Source: a virus. Taken from it: a DNA stretch of 64,000 nt. Shown in pieces: positions 18,486 through 26,827 of the stretch; within the stretch, counting starts at the first letter, position 1, and every line of letters begins with the position of its first letter. The stretch covers positions 64,001 to 128,000 of the IMG/VR virus record IMGVR_UViG_3300018080_000116. One strand, 5' to 3'. The notes beneath the pieces were generated by a model that worked only from the letters and a program-made list of their open reading frames with translations, had not been told where the DNA came from and made no database searches. Both the position numbers and the translations under genes were made by a program.

Positions 18486-18521
18486 CGCCCACCGGCCCGA
18501 GGCCGGTGGGCGTTTTTATTT
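18486..18521 (+). terminator. intrinsic terminator
   Basis: CGCCCACCGGCC/GGCCGGTGGGCG + TTTTTATTT. Confidence 0.8.
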
Positions 18522-18532
18522 TCAAATTACAC

Positions 18533-18568
18533 CGAACCCCAGGCAGGCGAGCCGTGTATAAGGGGGCG
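18533..18568 (+). promoter_or_regulatory. early promoter motif copy 13
   Basis: CGAACC-N18-TATAAGGGGGCG. Confidence 0.8.
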
Positions 18569-18582
18569 AAAGGAACAATGCC

Positions 18583-19056
18583 ATGACCAAGCAACTGACC
18601 CTCATCGACAACGACTTCACCATCGACAAGCGGTTCGTGCTTGGTGGCAAGGCCGTCTTCACGGTCTCGAACAACAAGGGTCAGCACTACACCTACTTGG
18701 TGCAGCACAAGCCCGCCGACGACAAGTACCCCGAGGCGTACTTCGTCCGGTTGCTGACCGGCCCGGACAACATGGGCGATTACACGTACCTGGGCAAGCT
18801 CGACCAGCGTACCGGTTTCATGCAGTTGTCCCCCAAGAGCAAGATGAACGCCGACTCCCTGCCGGTCAAGGTCGTCCGCTGGGCATTGGCAAGGGTTATC
18901 TGGCCCGAGGCCCAGGTGCCCGAGGGCTACGGCATCCACGGCGAGGGTCGCTGCGGTCGCTGTGGTCACCCTCTCACTCACCCCGATGGGGTCAGCCCCG
19001 AGGGTCACCGGTTCGGATTCGGCCCGACCTGCTGGGCCAAACTCGTTGGAGGCTAA
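18583..19056 (+). CDS. DUF6011-like protein
   Basis: C-terminal CGRCGHPLT...GFGPTC motif. Confidence 0.7.
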   Translation: MTKQLTLIDNDFTIDKRFVLGGKAVFTVSNNKGQHYTYLVQHKPADDKYPEAYFVRLLTGPDNMGDYTYLGKLDQRTGFMQLSPKSKMNADSLPVKVVRWALARVIWPEAQVPEGYGIHGEGRCGRCGHPLTHPDGVSPEGHRFGFGPTCWAKLVGG

Positions 19057-19057
19057 G

Positions 19058-19106
19058 AGATCAATCCCAGCGATATATCCCACCGATGTATCCTGGGGAA
19101 GTATCC
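19058..19106. promoter_or_regulatory. array of GGATRYATCC-like boxes (4 copies, 13-bp period)
   Basis: AGATCAATCC 19058, CGATATATCC 19071, CGATGTATCC 19084, GGAAGTATCC 19097. Confidence 0.6.
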
Positions 19107-19139
19107 TGCGTTCTGTCCCTTAAACCTACGGAGATCATC

Positions 19140-19481
19140 ATGCAGTTTGTCGCCCACCCGCCCCGTCGCCTGCGTTCCCACCTGCGGCGTCTCGCCCAGG
19201 CCCAGGCCCTCCCGCTGCTGCTGGTTGGCCCGAAGCACACCGGCATCCGCCACGGCTACTGGTACGCCACGATCTACAACGGCCTGCTCGTGGCCATCAC
19301 CAAGAAGCCGGTCGCCACCAGGGACGAGGGGCGTGGCCCCGAGGCCCTGCACCGGTTCGGTCGCAAGGCCAGCGAGTACCGTGTGCGGAGCGGCAGCTAC
19401 GTGCAGGCCCAGGTCATCGAGGGCGGCAAGAAGGTCGCCCCCAAGTGGGACGCCCGCACCGGTCGCCGGATCGCCGCCTAG
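19140..19481 (+). CDS. basic hypothetical protein
   Basis: GGAG RBS before ATG19140. Confidence 0.75.
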   Translation: MQFVAHPPRRLRSHLRRLAQAQALPLLLVGPKHTGIRHGYWYATIYNGLLVAITKKPVATRDEGRGPEALHRFGRKASEYRVRSGSYVQAQVIEGGKKVAPKWDARTGRRIAA

Positions 19482-19530
19482 AATCGTCTGTGCGGCCCGC
19501 TGAGGTACTTTCACCCCCGGAGGCAACACC

Positions 19531-19731
19531 ATGCTCACCATCGACGAGAACGACGCCAGGAACGACGTGGAAGGCCAGGACGCCGAGATCAACGACCCCT
19601 GCGGCATGTGCGGTGGCCAGCTTGAGCCCCTCGGCCAACTGGCCTGCCTGCTGCACCTACGTTGCCGCAACTGCGGCATGATGTTCAACCGGCCCGTGGC
19701 CGGATGCGGCGACGGTGGCCGCATGTTCTAG
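19531..19731 (+). CDS. zinc-ribbon protein
   Basis: CGMCGG...CRNCG; GGAGG RBS. Confidence 0.7.
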   Translation: MLTIDENDARNDVEGQDAEINDPCGMCGGQLEPLGQLACLLHLRCRNCGMMFNRPVAGCGDGGRMF

Positions 19732-19786
19732 TGATCCCCAGACCCACCGGGCAGCCGCCCGGTGGGTCTCTCTTTTGGAGCGTACC

Positions 19787-19939
19787 ATGTTAGGTCTCAA
19801 CGGCGAGGTCATCAGAGCCATGCAGCGACTCGGCATCGAGCCCCCGTCGCTACCGATGCGACCCTCGCCTCCCCTCGTCCCGGCTGATCGCCAGGACGAC
19901 AGCACCACCAACGGAGAAAACGATGAAGGCGTTAATTGA
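19787..19939 (+). CDS. small hypothetical protein
   Basis: GGAG RBS before ATG19787. Confidence 0.45.
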   Translation: MLGLNGEVIRAMQRLGIEPPSLPMRPSPPLVPADRQDDSTTNGENDEGVN

Positions 19940-20735
19940 AGTCGATCTTGCCGGTTGCGAAGGCATCCACCGGCAGCAGGCGCTCGACGTGCTCGCCGCC
20001 GTAGTGGACGGCAGCACCATGAGCGAGGCCCTTAGCACCGGCCTGTTCAACAGCAGCCTGTTCGAGTTGAGCAGGTTGGCCAAGCCTCAGTATGAGGGCG
20101 GCAACTGCCCGGACTGCGGCGAGCCGATCCCCGACGATGCGACGTTCGGCGACGGCTGCGAGAACTGCGAACACGTCTTCGTATGGGGGCACGATGAAGG
20201 CGACGAGCCCGAGGCCCCCGGCGTCAACTCATTGCGAGTGGTCGGCCTGGATGAAGGCATGAGGGTCGCCGTCCCGCACCTGACGGTCTACGTCGATCCC
20301 GAGCGAGTCGGCACCCCGTTCATGGTGGACGAGGATGGCCCGGACGACGAGCACGGCAGGCGATGCCCTGGCAGCAGTGGCAACCGCTACGCCTCGGCAG
20401 AGGCAGCAGGCCAGTACGTGGCCCGCTGGTTGAGCGATCCCCATGACGACCGTGGGTTACACCCTCTCGGCACTCGGAGTGGCACCCACGTGTCGGTGGT
20501 GGATGGTGGCACCGAGGTACGCCCCTGCATCGTGGACGTGGACAACAACACCGTCACCTTCCTCGACCCCAGCGACACGCATGGGCTCAAGGCGGCAAGG
20601 CCCGACAGTGAGTACCTGCTGATCCACAACGACCCCTTCTACTCCAACTGCCACCAACACCCTGTTGCCCACGTCAGCAGGAAGCCCGAGGACTGGCCCA
20701 CTGCCGAGACCGAGGACACGTACTACTACGAGTAG
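19923..20735 (+). CDS. hypothetical protein with zinc ribbon
   Basis: CPDCGE...CENC; GGAG RBS. Confidence 0.75.
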   Translation: MKALIEVDLAGCEGIHRQQALDVLAAVVDGSTMSEALSTGLFNSSLFELSRLAKPQYEGGNCPDCGEPIPDDATFGDGCENCEHVFVWGHDEGDEPEAPGVNSLRVVGLDEGMRVAVPHLTVYVDPERVGTPFMVDEDGPDDEHGRRCPGSSGNRYASAEAAGQYVARWLSDPHDDRGLHPLGTRSGTHVSVVDGGTEVRPCIVDVDNNTVTFLDPSDTHGLKAARPDSEYLLIHNDPFYSNCHQHPVAHVSRKPEDWPTAETEDTYYYE

Positions 20736-21194
20736 ATCATAGCGAGCACCAGGGCATCACCCTGGTGCTCGCACTGCACCACACCACACGTGCCATGCAC
20801 CACACCACACGTACCGTGTGGTGTGGTGCTCACTATCTTTTGTGCAACTCGTGAGGATTTGCCAATGAGGTAGCTAGGGATTTGTCATGTGTTGCTGTGG
20901 ATTTATAGCAGCACACGATCACCGCATCACCACCACGCTGCTGCCCGCAGTGCTCGCACCATGAGTGCGGATGTATAAGCAGGACCATGCGCCCCTGGTG
21001 CTACGCACCAGGGGCGCAGCCTGGGCCAGCACCGCCTCTATACAACTGCCCTCGTTGCATAATTTCTAATGCAAAAATTATTTTCAATTTCCTTTGGCGC
21101 TGGTCCCATACCCCCACCCCCTTGACAGGCTTTTGGGACTCCTTTTCTTTTTTCAACGGGACTCCTAAAAAATCTGGGACTCCTAAATATTTCC

Positions 21195-21740
21195 ATGGCC
21201 GTATATTTGCGAAATTGCGTTTTCATTCATGTTCCCAAGACTGGAGGAACATGGGCAGGACAAGTTCTGAAGGAGTTGGGATTGGTCATTCACGGTCGTT
21301 GTGGCAATCATGATTCTCCTGTGCTTCACAAGCCGGGATTTGCTTTTGTTCGTCATCCTGAGGGTTGGGCATCATCTTGGTGGTGTCATCGTCGAAGGCA
21401 CAATTGGGAATGGCGAGACAGGAGATTGGAAAACGCCTGCAAATCGAAAGACTTCAGGGGTTGGGTCAAGAACATCATTCAGCATCCTGGCATTTTGAAA
21501 TCTAGTCTGGAGGACTTCATTGGGTGCTACTCTGACGATCTCCAATTGGGCCGAACAGAAACGATAAGGAGAGATCTGATTGATTTCCTTTCGCAGTTCG
21601 GCGAGAAGTTTGATGCCGATTTCATTCGCAAAAAGCCGAGAGTCCATGTGAGCAAAGGTTGCCCCACGATTCCCGATGATTTACTGGAAGACTTTCGTGC
21701 CAGTCAGTACGACTATTACGAGAAGTATGGTTACCTGTAA
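21195..21740 (+). CDS. sulfotransferase family protein
   Basis: FIHVPKTGGT PAPS-binding loop; FAFVRHP. Confidence 0.8.
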   Translation: MAVYLRNCVFIHVPKTGGTWAGQVLKELGLVIHGRCGNHDSPVLHKPGFAFVRHPEGWASSWWCHRRRHNWEWRDRRLENACKSKDFRGWVKNIIQHPGILKSSLEDFIGCYSDDLQLGRTETIRRDLIDFLSQFGEKFDADFIRKKPRVHVSKGCPTIPDDLLEDFRASQYDYYEKYGYL

Positions 21741-21993
21741 AAATGGCCCGCTCGGGCGTGAGCCTGGGCGGGCCGGTGTCGAACGTCGAAGGTCTTGTCT
21801 GGCTGATCCTGTCCGACAACTATCTGGGTGACGAACTCGGGCGAGAATCCAGAATATTTCGGGTTGGGTTATTGGCGGGTAATTGGTGGGGAAATTGTGG
21901 GGGAATAGCGAATTTGCGCAGATCCGTCTCAGATCTGAGACAATTTATAAATCGACGAGAACTCTACGTGCGCCAAAAGGCGCTTGGGGGCCA

Positions 21994-22620
21994 CAAGTCC
22001 TTGGCAGTCCTAGAGTTATTACTTTTCGAACGTTCTGCAACGTTCCGGAACGTTGGGAACCCTGGGAACTCGATTTAGGTAAGTCGTTATCAGCGATGGA
22101 CTTACGCTAACTCAAATTTGAGCTTCTATAGATTATCTAATCTTGTTGGCGATCAATTAGATTTTTCTCGACGCAAGTCCTTATCACGCAGCAACTTGAG
22201 AAAAAATTCAGAAAATTTAGCGAATCACATGAAAACCTTCCGGGTTTTCACCGTACTATCAGTACGGGCGACTTCTTGATTTAGATGGCCCTCGGCGTGT
22301 TCAAGGCGGGTGAAGCGGGCCCTTTTCAATTAGATAAGTCCTTTGCTGCCAATGGTTTCCGTATTAGATCTACGCAAATCGAAGGGTTCCCGAGGGCCTG
22401 ATTTGTCGTAACTTAGGCAATCTGGATATGGCTAGGCAGGCGAAATCGCCGAAACTATTGCTCGTGCGAATGCACATGTGCATCATTTTCACCAATTTGG
22501 AGTGTCAGCAAGACCTGCCGGTCGGAATCAGACCGGAACTGGTTCGGAACTGGTACGGAAAATGTGGCATGATTGCGAATTCGTTTAGTTTATGATGGCC
22601 CTTTCGTACCAAGGACTTAC
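21994..22620. repeat. five copies of imperfect inverted repeat GTAAGTCCTT-N7-AAGGACTTAC
   Basis: copies at 21994, 22079, 22174, 22335 and 22594 with constant arm spacing. Confidence 0.7.
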
Positions 22621-22793
22621 GACGGATTACTAATAAGTGTGTGCGTTACACGATTTGTAACGAGTGCTACCCAGAAGGTAGCAGAAATTTAGTTGGCCCT
22701 ACACCGATAGGTGTATCCCCGAGGGTTGACATTTCTGGGAGAGATGTTCCAATTGGCGGAATACTGCCGTTGCCTCTACATGGAGGGTTGGCC

Positions 22794-22991
22794 ATGACGT
22801 TCCTTACGAAGCCACCTCCCGCTCTCGATCCCTCGCTGGTCGAAGTCATCTATCAGGCGCATTCGGAGTAGGAAGTCAAAGACGCCACGCTGGACTTCCT
22901 CATCGCTCGCTACCCCATCCGGATTCCTTTGGGGGAAGCGAAGCGGATTCTTGTGGATGCGATCAGGATGTTCCGAGAGCGAGGGTTCTAG
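22794..22991 (+). pseudogene. small ORF split by one in-frame TAG (22869-22871)
   Basis: GGAGG RBS; frame continues EVKDATLDFLIARYP...ERGF after the stop. Confidence 0.4.
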
Positions 22992-23569
22992 GAAAGAACT
23001 TTCCGGACGATAGCTTCAATGCTGTACTCGCCAAGCGAGTGTTCGTAGTCACCTGCGGACTTGAACCCCTCGTCCAAGATCCTTAGCTGGATGACTCTGG
23101 CCCGTGGCAGTGCGCCAAGAATTTCGTCGAGCAACCCCTTTGTGGTAGGTGGCGCATCTTCTTCTGGCCTGTGGGGAACCCAGAAGGTTTTGTGATCGTG
23201 ATTCCACCTACTTGGTGGTGCGAGTTTCTTTTCATAGAGATCACGATGAGGGACCAGAACTATTAGGTGGCCTCCCGGCTTCAAGATGCGATACCAATTG
23301 AACAGTGCCCTTTTTGGGTTCTTTACATGTTCGAGAATATGACTGGCGTGGACGACATCGTAGTGATTGTTTGGCACGCCTTTCATAAAGGTTGCATCTC
23401 CATCTCCTTTACACATGTCCCACACGGTCCAATTTTCATTATCGGGATGGAGTTGGGTTTGTGGTTTGCAGCCGCCGCCAATGTCGATGCCCTTTGCATT
23501 TGGTGGGGCGAACTTGTCATACCAACCTTCACGTTCTCTGCGATCTTTTGCTTTCAATATCTCTGTCAT
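22988..23569 (-). CDS. class I SAM-dependent methyltransferase (Methyltransf_11-like)
   Basis: IDIGGG motif I; YDVVHASHILEHV; WYRILKPGG. Confidence 0.85.
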   Translation of the reverse strand: MTEILKAKDRREREGWYDKFAPPNAKGIDIGGGCKPQTQLHPDNENWTVWDMCKGDGDATFMKGVPNNHYDVVHASHILEHVKNPKRALFNWYRILKPGGHLIVLVPHRDLYEKKLAPPSRWNHDHKTFWVPHRPEEDAPPTTKGLLDEILGALPRARVIQLRILDEGFKSAGDYEHSLGEYSIEAIVRKVLS

Positions 23570-24274
23570 TTATGCAGCCCTATACCTCCAGATGACCTTC
23601 GGCAACCTGAAGTCCTCTCTATATGTAAGAGAGTCTGCATCGGGATAAATATAAGCCATGACGATTCTGGAGCCGTCGTGCGGATCAAAAGCAGAGCGGA
23701 TCTGTCCATCATCAAGACGCAGCATAGAAGGACGACTTGCATCGTTGTATTGTTCGAGCATCCGGCGAGCCGTCGCTTTCACTTGATTGGCGTCACGGAC
23801 ACGAATGGTCATGCCATCCTGGGAAAGTACAGCATAGAGTTCAGCATCACCCCTGAGATCTCTACCGGGTTTGCCACGCCATTCAACCTTTACGGCGATG
23901 TCACTGCCACTATCTCGGAATTTGGCTTGGATGGCGGTCTTCTGCCCACCATCAACTCTCCAGCCGTCGATCTTGCGGTGCATGTCCTGTTGCATTGAAG
24001 ATTGTTCAATTTCCCAACCAGAGACCTCAGCCAGAGCTTTAAGGATGAGAGATTCAATGCTTTTGCCAGCATCGACACGGGTCTGTACGTCCATGCCTGA
24101 AATCTCACCACGACCAACCTCTTCTTCGCCACGCACTTTCAGCTTGCGAAGTCTGGCCCTGCTTGGGTCGTTACCAAACGCACCGGGCACATGGCCTCTT
24201 CTAGGTCCACGCCCCTGTCCGAATCTGAAGCGATTAGCTTCGTCTATTCGTAACCACAATTCGTAAAAATCCAT
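23570..24274 (-). CDS. PD-(D/E)xK-like nuclease-fold protein with capsid-targeting-like N-terminus
   Basis: KIDGW...TAIQAKFR; starts MDFYELWLRIDE; CTATATA box upstream. Confidence 0.5.
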   Translation of the reverse strand: MDFYELWLRIDEANRFRFGQGRGPRRGHVPGAFGNDPSRARLRKLKVRGEEEVGRGEISGMDVQTRVDAGKSIESLILKALAEVSGWEIEQSSMQQDMHRKIDGWRVDGGQKTAIQAKFRDSGSDIAVKVEWRGKPGRDLRGDAELYAVLSQDGMTIRVRDANQVKATARRMLEQYNDASRPSMLRLDDGQIRSAFDPHDGSRIVMAYIYPDADSLTYREDFRLPKVIWRYRAA

Positions 24275-24279
24275 GCAAG

Positions 24280-24304
24280 TATATAGCAACCACTTTCATA
24301 AATA
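24280..24304. promoter_or_regulatory. divergent late-promoter-like boxes
   Basis: CTATATA (-, 24280-24286) and CATAAATA (+, 24297-24304). Confidence 0.55.
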
Positions 24305-24322
24305 ACGCAGGAGACAATCGTA

Positions 24323-24700
24323 ATGAATTTTCGGAAATGGCTAGAGGCATCAATGGACCCACCCAGTCTGGGCGATTTCATGAATTGGGCGAACAAGAGG
24401 GAAGATCACATGTACTCCAAGGGCGTCAAGGATGCCCAGGACGACAACTATGATCCGCCCGGAATGGGAAGCCCATTGTCTTCTGATTGGCGTTTTTCTT
24501 ACATGCTGGGATGGCGAGCCATGGGAAAAAGAATCCCACCAGGAAAGACTAGCCGCTCATCCTTGAGCGACCGAGAATGGTTTGCCATGAAATTGCGGGA
24601 GAAAAGATATGCCGCAGCCAGCCCTGACAAATACATCGATGCCACTGCCGCTCAAGATCCCAAGTGGAATGACCCCGACTACAACCCAGAAGAAGGTTAG
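24323..24700 (+). CDS. putative internal head protein
   Basis: MNFRKWLEA N-terminus; GGAG RBS; CATAAATA box. Confidence 0.6.
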   Translation: MNFRKWLEASMDPPSLGDFMNWANKREDHMYSKGVKDAQDDNYDPPGMGSPLSSDWRFSYMLGWRAMGKRIPPGKTSRSSLSDREWFAMKLREKRYAAASPDKYIDATAAQDPKWNDPDYNPEEG

Positions 24701-25173
24701 CTTCTTCTGAAATAATAGCCGTTCGTACATTCATCGTACTTGGTCAAACCGAAGACGAAATCGGCCTCACTGAAATGAGCACCAATTTCCATATAGCGAT
24801 CAGCCGCATCACGGTCGCCCGCAGCGCCCGTATTACGGTCGTAATACTTGTGGGCCATCTGAGCCAGATGGTAAGCGTGGTCACGAGCGGAGAAGTCTTC
24901 CGGCAACTGGATCTCCGTCCTCTTGACGATCTCGTGCCATTGATGGGGTTTATGCGCCTGAGCTTCGAGCCTGAGCAAATGAAGCATGGCAAGCCCCGCC
25001 GCCCGGAAGTATTCATCTCCCGTGTTGACACAATCGACGGCTACTTCGAGACTATTCCAGTATTTTCGCCGGGACTCTTCAGTCTCGATCCATGTTTTGA
25101 GCGTGGCCAGTTCTTCGTCCGTGGCCTTGCGTAGATCGTCCTCACGCACTCTCCAGTTCACCAACCTTGCCAT
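24697..25173 (-). CDS. hypothetical protein
   Basis: AGGAG RBS before MARLVNW. Confidence 0.75.
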   Translation of the reverse strand: MARLVNWRVREDDLRKATDEELATLKTWIETEESRRKYWNSLEVAVDCVNTGDEYFRAAGLAMLHLLRLEAQAHKPHQWHEIVKRTEIQLPEDFSARDHAYHLAQMAHKYYDRNTGAAGDRDAADRYMEIGAHFSEADFVFGLTKYDECTNGYYFRRS

Positions 25174-25369
25174 CTCTTTCTCTCCTTGTTCTGTCTGCGA
25201 GATCCTGCCACCATTGTACCTGTTCGACAAGCTCAGATTTATCGACACCGAACTTGTCCATAAGGTTCATGACATCTATGTAGGCCAAGCCGCCGTAGAG
25301 GGGCATTTCTGCCCGCAACCAACCTCTTAGCATGCACTCGACGACTTCACGCTCCCTCTCCGTCAGCAT
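25142..25369 (-). CDS. hypothetical protein
   Basis: operon packing. Confidence 0.6.
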   Translation of the reverse strand: MLTEREREVVECMLRGWLRAEMPLYGGLAYIDVMNLMDKFGVDKSELVEQVQWWQDLADRTRRERDGKVGELESA

Positions 25370-25679
25370 CTCGTTGTCTCCTTGCCATTTGGGCCAGCAA
25401 CTTGCCTATGATCGGAAGTTCTTCTTCCAGCTTATCGAGCTTCTTGTCATTCTCGGCCTGCCGTTCATCCATCTTCTCTTTCCATTGTTGGTCAATGAAG
25501 TGGGTGGCCTTGGCCAAGCAGGCTTGATATTCCTTCTGCGTGATGATCCCCTTGGACATCAAAGCAATGACAAGAGCATAGTGGTTGATTAGGTGGATCT
25601 GATTCGTGCCGATGAGCACTTCATTGTAATTCGGACCCTGGATCAGTTGACGAAGTGTGTCCTTCGTTTCGTCACTCAT
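25347..25679 (-). CDS. hypothetical coiled-coil protein
   Basis: ATGA overlap with PTP stop. Confidence 0.7.
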   Translation of the reverse strand: MSDETKDTLRQLIQGPNYNEVLIGTNQIHLINHYALVIALMSKGIITQKEYQACLAKATHFIDQQWKEKMDERQAENDKKLDKLEEELPIIGKLLAQMARRQRDADGEGA

Positions 25680-26188
25680 AGCTCCCATGTGTCTAATACC
25701 TCATTATCTTTTTCAGCCGCTTTTTCAAAAAGCTTCTTCATCCGTTCTTTGGCCGGTTCCCAACCCTTGCGCTTATGGAATGTCTCAACTAAGGTGGAAA
25801 ACACATGCATGTTGGGGTGAAAGCGACCTTCCCAAAAGCGAGAGGGGTTTTCTTCGTTCAAGCAGTTTTCGATAGCCGCTGCCGTCGCCGCCGATCTTGA
25901 GATCCCCGCTTGACAATGAACCATTATAGTGCCAATGTCATCTCTTTCCCAGAACGATTCTACGAAGTCCCAGATCTTGTGTGCATCATCTTCTGAAAAA
26001 AGACTGCCATGAGCAGGAGACATGGGAGCATCAATATCGCCAAAAGAGCACTGTAGCAGGCCAAGACGCTTAACGCCACTAATTTTTGGATGTTCATCGA
26101 AACTGTCTATGCTAATACAGACCCAGGGTTCGTCACACTCGAATTCCTTCGCTTTGCTCTTAGAGAGTACCACCAAGTTCTTTTTCAT
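25676..26188 (-). CDS. protein-tyrosine/dual-specificity phosphatase-like protein
   Basis: VHCQAGISRSAA (HCx5R P-loop). Confidence 0.85.
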   Translation of the reverse strand: MKKNLVVLSKSKAKEFECDEPWVCISIDSFDEHPKISGVKRLGLLQCSFGDIDAPMSPAHGSLFSEDDAHKIWDFVESFWERDDIGTIMVHCQAGISRSAATAAAIENCLNEENPSRFWEGRFHPNMHVFSTLVETFHKRKGWEPAKERMKKLFEKAAEKDNEVLDTWEL

Positions 26189-26251
26189 CCGTTTATCCTT
26201 TCTATGGGCGTCCGAGGCGAAGCCGAGGACGCATTCTGAATGAGTATGTAT

Positions 26252-26827
26252 TCACTTGTTTTGGGATCTTATCGAACGGGCTGGGACTACTGGCACGCCC
26301 TGGTCTTCTGGCTTTCGATCAAGCTTCTTTACATGGATCGCTTCGATCTCCATGTCTGGGAAATAGCCAATGCGTAAGATCTTGTGGGTTTTTTGTTCAG
26401 TAAGTTCAGCCGGTTCATACTCATAGCCGTCCATTCCGCCAGACCAGCCGCCTGCGCAGTAGAATCCGGTCTTAACAAACCGGATGTCACAGACATAGTA
26501 TCTCTTTCCCTTTTTGCTTTCGTCGTACTTGGTGTGGATCTCTCGGGCGGAACCCCCAAATCGTTCAGCTTTTAATTTGGCGTAGGCAACAGCCCTTCGG
26601 ACACGTTCATAAACATCCGAATGGAAACTCTTGGTGCCGTAGGGAGAATACGGCGGGAAGATGGAGAGGCCCATGTCCTTGACAAACTTCTTGATTGCCT
26701 CGCCGTGTTCTGCCTCTAGTTCGGCGATAGCATCGTCAACGGTTTTGGGATAGCCGCAGCGAACGAAGATATGAGGTTCGACGATCTCTATCCAATCGCC
26801 AACCCTTATGATGCTATCTTTCTTCAT
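26252..26827 (-). CDS. hypothetical protein
   Basis: 191-aa ORF, ATGA overlap. Confidence 0.75.
   Translation of the reverse strand: MKKDSIIRVGDWIEIVEPHIFVRCGYPKTVDDAIAELEAEHGEAIKKFVKDMGLSIFPPYSPYGTKSFHSDVYERVRRAVAYAKLKAERFGGSAREIHTKYDESKKGKRYYVCDIRFVKTGFYCAGGWSGGMDGYEYEPAELTEQKTHKILRIGYFPDMEIEAIHVKKLDRKPEDQGVPVVPARSIRSQNK

Noticed and set aside
6439-18568. Repeated 35-bp motif as a CRISPR array
   Set aside because: Copies are separated by whole genes of variable length, have promoter geometry, and no cas genes are present.
22869-22871. Genome-wide TAG recoding
   Set aside because: Many genes end cleanly at TAG, and long genes (11.5-kb TMP, cca) are intact under code 11.
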